In this document: positions 29,091-40,131 of the stretch, piece by piece
Layout of the letters: the number at the start of each line of letters is the position of its first letter
Position numbering within the stretch: the stretch's first letter is position 1
Origin: Octopus sinensis
Lineage: Eukaryota
Direction: 5' to 3'
Assembly: GCF_006345805.1 (NCBI RefSeq)
Contig: NC_043005.1
Coordinates: 34,968,001-35,032,000, forward strand
Length of the DNA stretch: 64,000 nt
Position numbers and translations under genes: made by a program
Notes under the pieces: model-generated
Databases searched by the model: none
What the model was told of the DNA's origin: nothing
Seen by the model: only the letters and a program-made list of their open reading frames with translations

Positions 29091-29408
29091 CGGGTTCAGT
29101 CCTGCTGCATGGCACCTTGGGCAAGTGTCTTCTATTGTACCTCCGGGTCAACCAAAGCCTCGTGAGTGGATTTGGTTAACAGAAACTGAAAGAAGCCCAT
29201 TACTTACGTATGTGTGATTGTACCCCCACCATTGCTTGACAACCAAAGTTAGTGTGTTTACGTCCTCGTAAATTAGCAGTTCAGCAAGAGACAAACAGAA
29301 TAAGTACTAGGATTACAAAGAATAAGTCCTTGGGTTGAATTGTTCAACTAAAGGTGATGTGCCAGCATGGCCACAGTCAAATGACTGAAACAAGTAAAAG
29401 AATAAAAG
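29091..29408 (+). mobile_element. tRNA-derived SINE family A, nested in a family B SINE
   Basis: GGGTTCAGTCC B-box-like start, conserved body, tail AAATGACTGAAACAAGTAAAAGAATAAAAG. The flanks join to reconstitute family B sequence (...GAAACATCACT | AAGCATTTTGTCC...). Confidence 0.75.
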
Positions 29409-30037
29409 CATTTTGTCCACCGTGCTTATGATTCTGCCAGCTCAACATCTTAATGGTTTCAAATTTTGGCACAAAGGCCAGCAATGTTCTAGGAGCTGGT
29501 AAGTTGATTACATCAACCGCGGTGCTCAACTGGTACTTGTTTGATCAACCCTGAAAGGATGAAAGGCAACTTGACAGAATTTGAATTGTGATCATAAAGG
29601 CAGACAAAATGCCTCAAAGCATTATGCCCAGTCTACTAATAATTCTGCCTACTCAACATCTTGATAAGTCATTTTCACAAATAGGTTATTGTCTCATTGT
29701 TGATGGTAACTTCAGTGCTAAGCATTTTAGTATTTGTGTGGAAGGGAGTAGCTTTTTGGTTTCTTGTTTGAAAGTGGGATTTTCTTGAGGTTTTTACTTA
29801 GCTTCTGTTTTAATATTTGAATGAAAATGATGTCTCAACATCTTATTTTGAAGCAGTAACTATTTTATTTGAACTAAACATTTCATTGAGAACAAACTGG
29901 GGTCGAGTGGAAGGTGTAAGTCATCTTTTGTATTTTGTCAAATTTATGATCTTAATATATTGTTTTTAAGTTTTTGCTGATTTAATTTGTAAGTTACTTT
30001 TGTTCTGTCTTACCTGTACTGCATTTGTTTTTTGCAG

Positions 30038-33000
30038 GTGAAAGAGTGCTGCGTTATAGTTCTACCACTTTGTCTGTGGAAGCATTGATAGCACCTCAAT
30101 CAACTACTGTGAAAAGGTCTTTGAAAAACTTCCTTGGAGCCCCTGTTAAGTACCATCACTTAATATATGCAGGTCATGTCTTGCATGGCTCTGGAGAATG
30201 GATCTTGCAAGATGCCCCGTTTTCCTTTAGCAGTTTTGCTGCAACATTGAAAGATCCTGATGTTGAGAATGCTTTAAAACAACAAGAGGAAGGTATATTA
30301 AATATTCATTGTTTTGCAACTGGAGAATGGAACAATGCAAACCTCTCAAAGGTTGGAAGCAAAGTTCTTCAAATTAATTTGAACCCCGAGGATAAACTTT
30401 CTGATTTGACTGGTGTTTTGCAATTTAGCACCTACCTGTGCAATTATGTGAAATGTAGGTCTCTAAAAGAAATGCTTCGATCTTCTGATGTTGTTGGTAA
30501 TATCAGATTCAGCAAACCAACCCTGTACGTGTTCCCTGGTTGCCAAGGAGACTCTGCCTTGTTTGGAATTAGTGGGTTCAATCTATTAGTAAATGGTGGC
30601 TACAACAAAAAGGCTTGTTTCTGGGATTTCACTCGTCATCTTGACCGCATTGATGCACTCTTGCTCACACACTTGGGTATTGATAACCTTTTTGGTATTA
30701 ATTCAGTCTTACATCGCAAGAGCATTGAAAATGTGCATCCAGAGATAGGCCATGTTTACTTCAATGCCCCAAAGGGTAACCGGAACTCACAAGATGAATC
30801 AGAATTGGACGGAAAACCATCAGCAGATAGTTTACTGATAAATCTTTCTAATGAAGGAGATAAAATTACTGACTATGTGCGACAATTAAGACAAGTTGTT
30901 AACTCTTGTTCTCGACCTGCAACTTCTCCACAGATTGATCCAGTGAATCTTTATCATAAAGTTGGCCATGGATCTCTGGATATGTACATCATGAATCCTG
31001 TCCAAGACAGCAAAGAATTAAAGGAATTTTATCAGCAATGGAGTAAACAATCAATTCAGGTGAATGGGTCTCAATGTCCACTCCCAAACATGTTGTCCAT
31101 ATGTGCACTTTTAATCTGGCGACCAGCTGACCCATTAGAAAAAATTACTCGTATATTTTTCCCTGGGAATGCTCCTCAACACAAAATCATTGAAGGTCTT
31201 GAGAAAATGAAGACCCTAAATGTGTTGAAGTTTCCAAAGTGCTGTGATAAAGATCTGAATGCCCCAAAAACTGCAGTAAAAAAATCTGCACCATTGAAAG
31301 CTACTAGGACTACTTCAAAACCATTGGCTAGCAAGAGCGAACCAATTAAACGTGAAGCTAAGGTTGAAGTGAAATCAAGGACATCACTTAGCAAAACTAC
31401 CAACAAGGGATTGAAAGATGACACTAATAAAAAAACTAGCAAAGCAAAAGAAAAGAGTGATAAACCAAAATCAAGCAATAGTGTCTCACCTAAAATATCG
31501 CCTCCCACTGAAGTGGCTCCTTCAGCTCAATCTCCTTTGGATGGTGTTCCTGCTATTTCTGAACCAGCTGCAGTGGTTAAAGAATCTCCTCCTGATCTAG
31601 TCCAGAAAGATTCTAATCTACTTGTAGATTTTGGCAGTACACCTGCAGAAGCTCCTGCTTCCAGCCCTGCCTCAGATCCTTTACTTGATCTGATTGGCCA
31701 TCCTTCAATGAAAGCTGAATCTGAACAATCAATGAATGCAACATCACCTTGTCTCATGAACAACCAATCACCTGAGCCTTTGCCAGACCCAACTCATGTG
31801 GAGAGAGATGCTACAGCTGAGCCTGAAGATGACCAACTTGGCAGTAGATTAAACATGAAACAAATGGAGGATATGGGTATTTATGATGACCTGATGGGTC
31901 ATGCTCAGCGTTCTGATGATGCAATTGAAGCTGACAAGATTGTATCGTCTGGTTCTGAAGACAAAGGGTTTGATGAAATGGAAGAAGTTCACCCAGAGTC
32001 ACTACCAGAACCTAATTTGGTCCTTGAGAGCCAGCCTATTCAATATGATGATTCAAGGCATGGGTTTTCTGGAAACGAGTCAAGGGACATAACTGCAGAC
32101 CTTCTTCCAAAACCTAAAACTTTACCTGAAAGTGAGATTACTCCAGAAACAGCTGCTCCAGTTGAAATGAGTCCTGAGAGAGAACTTTCTCCTCCACTGC
32201 CCATGGATTCTTGTATGTCAACATCTATGTATGGTAGTTTGATGGAGCCAGCCTTGCCATCACAGGCTGAGGTTTTGCAGAATCTCCAAGATGATATTTC
32301 AGAAGAAAAAACAAAAGATGACTCAATCTCAGAAGATTGTTCTGAGATTAAAGAGAACCAATTAATGCCGGAATGTGAAGAATTGTTGTCTGAGAAACCG
32401 CAAGATCTCTTTCCATCTGATCAGCCTAGTTGTGAGGCCAGCTCTCCAGCTTCTGGGAGATTCTCTCCTGAACACCAGAAGCATGATGCTGGACTAGAAT
32501 CTCAAGATTATGAAAGTCAAGATGCTGAAGTTGAAGGTCAGCGTGCTGGTACTGAGTCTCCCTCGTTTGAAGGTCAGCGCTCAGGTACTGAGTCTCCCTC
32601 GTTTGAAGGTCAGCGCGCTGGTACTGAGTCTCCCTCGTTTGAAGGTCAGCGCGCTGGTACTGAGTCTCCCTCTTTTGAAGGTCAGCGCGCTGGTACTGAG
32701 TCTCCCTCTTTTGAAGGTCAGCGCACTGGTACTGAGTCTCCCTCTTTTGAAGGTCAGCGCGCTGGTACTGAGTCTCCCTCTTTTGAAGGTCAGCGCGCTG
32801 GTACTGAGTCTCCCTCTTTTGAAGGTCAGCGTGACGGTACTGAGTCTCCCTCTTTTGAAGGTCAACGTGACGGTACTGAGTCTCCCTCATTTGAAGGTCA
32901 GCATGCTGATTCCAAATCTCCCTCATATGAAGGTCAGCGCTCAGGTACTGAGTCTCCTTCGTTTGAAGGTCAGTGCACAGCTACTGAATCTTCAACATTT

Positions 33001-34986
33001 GAAAATCAGCGTAGAGGCACAGAGACCCCAGAGTACCAGAGGGAGTACTCTGACACAGAATCTCCAGAGTATGAAAGAGAGCACTCTGGCACAGAATCTC
33101 CAGAATATGAAAGGCAACATGCTAGTGCTGAGTCGCCAGTGTATGAGGATGAGCATGCCAGAAGTGAGTCCCCAGAAAGAGAACATGCAAGTGAGGAAGC
33201 CTTAGGTCACAGGGAACAGCATGACATGGCGGACAGTCCAGAAGAACAAGAAAGTACATCTGATGACCATTTGTCAGATCGAATCAGTCCAGAGAGTAAT
33301 CACGAAGAGATGCATCGTGAGACTGAGGAACTTGATGAACGTTACAGTCCTGAGGGTTATGAGGCTGAACAAGACTTTGGTGCTGCCTCACAAATGGAAT
33401 TTCATGAAAAAGATGAAGACAAGGAGAACCATGGTCCGAAAGGTAGTATGCATCAGTCTGATAGTGGTACAGCCCTTGACCAGTGTGATGAAGCAGACAA
33501 GCAAATACATGAAGACCAAATTGATGATGAGGAAGATGAAGATTCTTCTGAAGTGGCTTCCCAACCTGAAACTAATGAAATGGCAATGGACTGGGATGAA
33601 AAAGAAAGAAGTCCTGAAGGCCAACACTTTGAAGAGCAACAAGATCATGTTGCAGCAGCAGTAGAACACATGACTGGTGCTAAAGATGATGCATCTTCAA
33701 TACCAGCAGCTTTTGAAAAGGATGAGACTCCTCAACATGAGGGTGAAGCCAAAACAATGGAACAACCTGTGGATGTACATCAATCTCACAGTGGTGAGTT
33801 CTCTAGTGAAGATGGGTTAACTGCTGAAAAAGAATTGGAAGATAGAGATGATACTGACTCTATTGATGGTGGTACACCTGATGATGAAAAAGATATTGAT
33901 GAATCTTGTGGTTCATCTAAACAGTTGTCTGAACAATCAGCTGCCGCATTTGGCTTGAATACCAGCAACTTGTCACCACTGGCACCACCATTTTCTCCAA
34001 GTAATCAATCTTTTGATCCTTTTGGTCAACAAGGGAATGTTTCTTATATGGGAGGACAAGCTGCTAATTTTGAAGGCTTTAATGCTGATGCTAAACCATT
34101 TGAACCTGCTGATGAATGGGGGAAACCCATGAATCTCCCTAGCCCTCCACCACCTGAATCGAAAAAGCCAAATGGCGTAACTGCTGCAAGGAGCTCAACA
34201 ACATCAACAATGAAATCTAGAACAACTCACTCAAAATTAGATTCGAAGACCACTGACAAAAAGTTAGCTGACAACAAAAAGACCGAGACTAAGAAACCAA
34301 CAACTTTAGGAAAATCTAAACCTTTAACAGAACGAAAGACTGCAGCAAGCAGCAAGCCTGAGAAGAGGTTGGCCAATGGGGATGCAGATCTGAAGAGTAA
34401 ACCAAAGACTTCGGCTACTAGCTTGGATAAAAGATCATCTTCAGCAACTGCTGAGAGGAAACCTTTGACAAAATCACGTCCTTTATCTTCCACAGCAGTT
34501 AAAGATATCAAGACTACAACCAGTGTTTCAAAAACGGAATCAAAGACCAAACTGTCAACAACCAAACGTCCGACTTCTACCACTAGTGGGAGCCGTACTT
34601 CTCCAGCCTCCAAACCTGCTCCTCCTTTACCCCCTCACACTACATTCTATGTAGACTTGACATATATTCCTAACCATGGTGATCCAACATCAAGTGATAT
34701 TGAATTCTTCAAGAGGATTCGAGCCCGTTACTATGTGCTAAGTGCCCTCTCACCAAACCCTCAAATATTAAATGCTCTTCTGGAAGCCAAACAAACCTGG
34801 GAAGACAAAGAGCTGGAAGTTACAGTTATTCCAACATACGATAATGAAACATTAAGACATTGGATGGGTTTACATCGCGACCAATTGACTGATCTGAAGA
34901 TTGATGTGGCCCCTTCTGCCAGCCGTTGCACAATCCAGTTACAGGATCACGAAACAAGTTGCTCAGCTTATAGACTAGAGTTCTAG
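30038..34986 (+). CDS. futsch: Terminal coding exon of microtubule-associated protein futsch / MAP1A-B-S family (1649 aa + stop): N-terminal MH1 region, Lys-rich basic region, acidic/repeat region, C-terminal light-chain domain
   Basis: Uninterrupted ORF with acceptor tttttgcAG at 30036-37 (the ORF-track MFFA start is intronic). Family motifs: SDVVGNIRFSKPTLYVFPG.QGDSALFG, KACFWDFTRHLDRIDA, PVNLYHKVGHGSLDMY, ITRIFFPG, FYVDLTYIPNHG, IEFFKRIRARYYVLS and C-terminus LQDHETSCSAYRLEF. Confidence 0.97.
32533..33180 (+). repeat. Coding minisatellite, 36-bp / 12-aa unit EGQR(A/S/T/D)GTESPSF; 10 near-perfect plus ~8 degenerate copies
   Basis: Copies 1-10 at 32533-32892; degenerate copies (e.g. EREHSGTESPEY) continue to ~33180. 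Confidence 0.95.
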
Positions 34987-36731
34987 ATCAAGGAACTGCC
35001 CTTTCACTCTACTCACCTTTCTTCTCGCCTTAAACATGGCTAATGGACTCAGTTTGTCTCCATGAAATTTCTCCCCACTTGTTTTCATCAAGCCCCTTTC
35101 CCCCCACCTCTTTGTGAACAAGTGAGACAATTAAAAAATTATTATTATAATAAAGGCTTTTTTTAATTTCCATTGCCTTTCATTCCTCCCATTCTAACCT
35201 GTTTTGCTGAGAAGGATCTGAGAATTTTTCTCAGTGAGGGGTGTATGGGATGGAATATGCTTTTCTTTTGAAATGCTGTTTAATTTCGGTAAAATGTTTG
35301 GTTCTTTCTACTGTTATCAGTGAGAAAGATGAAAATTACTCAGGCCGTTACTAAATGCAGGAACCTGCAGTAAGGCCTACATAATTTTAATAATAATAAT
35401 GATAATAGTCTTCAAGTCAAAATGCTATGTTGTCATGTCTATTGCTGATCAATAAGAACCTACCCCATTCCCTGCTACTTTCCCTTACAACCAAATATTA
35501 GCCCCCCGTCTCCTCCACACGTGTCCTGCATTGGTGTCACAATGGCTTTTTTGGCTGTCTAAATCCACTGGCTGGAAAATTTAACAAACGCATTAAATTA
35601 AAAAAAAATATAGAAAGACAAAAAAATAAATATTGACAAATTTTGAAAAATATATTATTACTGAACAGTAATAACAAAAAAATAATGAAGAATAAAATGT
35701 TTAAGTAAATTTAATTCTGGACAAAGTGGTTTTTTTTTTTTTTTTTTGGGACGCTGTTTTAAAATGATATAATAAAAACAAAATAAGGCTTTCAACTGTA
35801 TCATGGAAATCACAATCCCATGTCTTTGATACAACCAGCTGTTATTTATTTATTTTATGTTTTTTTTATTTATTTTTCCTCCATTTTACCCTTGTAATTT
35901 TTTGTTTTTCTTGTTTGCAAAAAATGTCCTTTGCTGCCACCTACACTTGATCCCATCCCAACCCAGCTCCATGCCCAACATCTTTCTCCCTCTCATCTTT
36001 CTTCACTGCTGCTATGACTACACACACATACACCCATGCATGTGTTAACAGACCACTGCTTTTTCATTTTAGTGTAGAATATTTCTCTTCTGCTAAACTG
36101 AATTTCATTCTGTGCTTCATCTTCCAGATTTTCTCTTTGCTTTTTAATCTTTCTACCTCTCTATATATCTGACCCCACTCCCTCTCTCTTTGATGGCAAT
36201 CATTACTGTTGGGCTTTCGTGTTTTTTGTCTTTTACTCCACAGCTAAGGTAGAAATACAATGCTGTCTCTGAATATTTTTTTACAATACAATCGAGAAAT
36301 TCAATAAATTGTGATATAATTTCCTCTGTGTTGCTTGTCTAGGTTTATTCTTATAATTTATTTTTTATTTAACAATAATAATACTCTCTTTGTCCCCGAA
36401 TATAAAAATAGTTATTGCAATATCGAGTTTGCATTTGTGTATCTTAAATATTTTCTAGTTGTCCTAACATTGAATTTAATGTTTTATGAGTTAACTGCTT
36501 ATTAATTGTAACATACCTGGAGATGCAGTTTTAATTAAAACCAAATTTAACTAAAACTGAAGTTTTTGTTTCTCATTGTTAGGATTATTGGTTCTTTATA
36601 CCAGATTCACACAAGAATGACTGCTCTTATGTTAAAGCTAATTCTAATATTAAAGTTCATGATGATTATCTTGATAATGATGATCCTATTATTTAAAAAT
36701 GATTCGGTTGAATAAATTACACTGAAGAAAT

Positions 36732-36765
<34 letters not shown>

Positions 36766-37200
36766 CTTCAACACTTTAAACTGAAACTTACAAGGATGGG
36801 CAAAATTATTCACTTGTTTCAAGAGCAGCAAGAAATAACTAGGTGATGGGGAGCCCTGCTCAAGGAAAAATAAATAAATAAAAGCAACTCTGCTTTGAGC
36901 TTTTTAATTAGCAATAGTTTAAAAAATATATTTTTTTAAATGATTAAACAAATTTAAATGTTAGATTATTTTCAGAGTTTATTATTTTGTTTATTTAAAC
37001 ATTCTCTCTGCTTTCTTGCCGCTAAATCTATACTTTTGGAATGTGTTGCTATTTATTGGACAGAATTTTTCTGTTTTCCAAACTTTTTTGATTTCTTTAC
37101 ATCATTTATTCTATATTTTATCTTATTTTGTATTTTTAAAATTTTAAAAAAAGTATATCTATATATACATTGTTGCTCTAATGAAATGAAATAATAAAAA
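34987..37200 (+). other. Probable long AU/U-rich 3' UTR of futsch (3' end uncertain)
   Basis: No recognisable SINE or LINE for ~3 kb after the stop; long T tracts near 35740 and 36740; several AATAAA-type hexamers (~35149, ~35692, ~36302, ~37194). End position is a guess. Confidence 0.45.
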
Positions 37201-40098
37201 TCTTAAAAATCACATGTATGCTGGTAAGTATGTGCACAGGTGTAAAAACACATGCACACTTGATTGGCTGACAAATTTCCTTTTACTATTTTGCATTCAA
37301 GAAAGGCAACTACAGGTGGTCTCTTTCTGCTCTCTTTCTTTCTGTGCTCTCTCAACTATGTATATGCATGATTATGTATGGCTTAACTTGTGTGTTGTTT
37401 GCCTAGTAAAGAGCAGTGCCTTGGTCAAATTGTGTTCACACTGCTTGCTAAAGAGCAGTTTATCTTTACACACACACATATACAAAACACATATGTTGCT
37501 CATGTAAACCAACCTTTTCAGCTCACCAATAAAGGATTTTGCTCTCCTATTTATTTTTTTCTTACTGGTGAAGTTTTCATTTTCTTAGACTGGCTTTTGC
37601 TGATTTCTACTTTATTCTTTGGTTATTCTATGCTGCATTAATGGACAAACTCTAAAATCTAGTTCAACTTAAGTTTGGTTGTGTAGATTCAGTGCCAGTC
37701 TCAACTGTGTAAATTGACAAGCTGTCTGCTGGATTGCTATTTAATAAACAAAATAACTGATGTAAGAGTCAAATTTTTAGCCATTGAAACTTGTTACTTA
37801 TTTTCTGACCTTACAGTCTGTACAAGAATAAGTTGGTCAAAGCCATTTTTTTTTTTCTTCAAAGTATCAATTTGTTATGCAAAATCCATTTAACTTATAG
37901 GTAAATATATTGAGTAAATTCATCTTGATTTTGAAGTAGGTGAATCTTTATTTCTGAAATTCAACCAAACTGGATCAAGAATTTGTCTTGTGATGCTTTT
38001 GCTTAGGATTGATGGACTCGGTGTCCGATAGAGAAATGCAATAGTGGTGATTTATGGAAAACCTAAAGGAGAAAATCTTTTAACTGCAGTCTTCAATCAT
38101 TAGAGATGATACCTTCATATGGTCAAATTGCTAGATATAGCACCCAAAATCTTCAAATTACTTGCTACCATTTTGAAGACAGGAAGAACATATCAAAGAT
38201 AGTTTTTTTGTGCCTACAGAGATGGTAGCCATAGTTGGACTATTAAAGCTGGGTTGCCAATAGCTAGCTATTCCTTTCTTTTCTGTGACATTAGATCATG
38301 AACAACTCTTGGTGACATGTCGAGCACCTTGTGTTAAGGAATTTTTTTGTATAAGAATACAGAAGTGATTTCTCTGTTAGCTTCTTTAAGAGTCTATCTT
38401 TGATATGTTTACTAAACCTTCCTTGGCACAAAACATATGAATCCTGCCTGGATTTTATCCAAGTCTTTAATTCTGCCAGTCCATTGCCATAGACGGGTAG
38501 ATACTGGAAGGATGAAAGACTAAGCTGGCCTTTTTAAGTTCACAACAAACAGTATAAAGCATTTTGTCATTTCATCTTCAATTATTATTAAAGAGAAATA
38601 TAGCCAATTTTGCTAAGGTTTGTTTTTTCTATGAAGAAATTTTGGTTATTTTGCCAAGTGGGATATCAAATTCGGACATTTGTATGAAATCTTAAAATAA
38701 GCATTGTATTTAAGGTCATTCTTTTGAGTTCAGTGAAAAGTAGCAGTAGAGCACTGGGTTAATATAACTGACTAGTCCCCCACTCCACAAAAAAAAAAAA
38801 ATTCAGAAAGGATTATTGGTTTCAAATTATATCACAAAGCCAGTTCCTGGGAGGGGGCAAGTTGTTTACATCAGCTCCAGTGCTCAACTGGTGCTTATTT
38901 ATTGACCCCATAAGAATGGAAGACAAAGTTGAACTCAGAGCATAAAAAAAGATGAAATGCTAAGTGTTTTGCCTGGCGTGCTAACAATTCTTCCAGCTGA
39001 TCACCCTAGAAAGGACAGGACTGTTAGCATGTCTGACAAAATGCTTAGTGGCTTTTCTTCAGACTTTCCATCCTATCAGGGTTAATGAGTGCTAAGATCA
39101 GTTTATTAGACTATCGTTGCTGCCCGAAATCTTCAGGTCTCTTGTTTAGAGTAGAAAGGATTATGATGGTGGATTGACAGAATCAGAGAATTGGATAAAA
39201 TTCCTTGCAATCTATAATTAGGGCTCTATACATTTTGAGTTATCAAATAGCTCCATCCCTTCAGATTTGCTGACCTTGCACATAAATTAGAACCCATTAG
39301 GGAAGTGGATTAACAGCACCAGTAAAGAATCAAGTAAAATGCTTTGTGGTATTCCATATTTTTGTTTTGAGTTCAAATCCTGCTTAGTTCAATTTTTACC
39401 TTTTACCCACCTAGGTCAATAAAATACTGTACCAGTGAAGTGCTGGGGTTGATTTTAACTTAACAAACCCCTGCTACTCCAAGTTTCTGGCCTTGTTCCC
39501 ATGTTTTATTATTGTTAATGCTTACTCATCTGTTAGAAAATGAGAGTATGTTTCTGCTGGATTCACTCCTATAATCTACTGTAGCAAGAATCCTGTAATA
39601 GAATTCCAAAAACATTAGAAATAACTAATATCATTGCCATTAGGGGAAGTAGAATCATTAAATTATGGTTTGTAATAGAACAATTTTGTTTCAGTTTTGT
39701 AAGTTGATTCTCTGAGCTGGGATGACATTGTTTTGACCCAATGTAGTAATTTCTAGAAATTGGAAAATCTACTAATAGAGATCAGTGAGGAGGAGAAAGC
39801 CATGGGGTTTCTAATCTAGTGTGATGTCTTAATTTATCTTATTCTCTTTTGTATTTAATCTGATTTGGTTGGGTTTTGTTTAGTAATGTCTTATGAATTA
39901 CTAATCACTTCTGATGATTCATGAGGCCTTGAACTTTTAGAAGAAACATCTATATAGTGAAGTAAAAACAGCATGAATGAAGTTAACTTGATTTATTTCC
40001 TGGTAAAAGTAAAATGTTAATGGACTTGACTCACCACCACTAAGCTAAACTACAAATTGATTTCTGGTCTTTTAGGGTCATTGTGCAACTTGAGCAAC

Positions 40099-40131
<33 letters not shown>

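Noticed and set aside
30025-30037. ORF-track start MFFA of the 1653-aa ORF
   Set aside because: It is the polypyrimidine tract and AG acceptor; the real frame continues from the 20075-20173 exon.
32533-32892. 36-bp periodic repeat resembling a CRISPR array
   Set aside because: Head-to-tail units without unique spacers, in frame within a eukaryotic exon; no cas genes.
31176-34613. Alternative-frame and antisense ORFs over futsch (e.g. 32426-, 32510+, 32581-, 33221+, 34227-)
   Set aside because: Shadows of the repetitive, biased coding sequence; no independent motifs.
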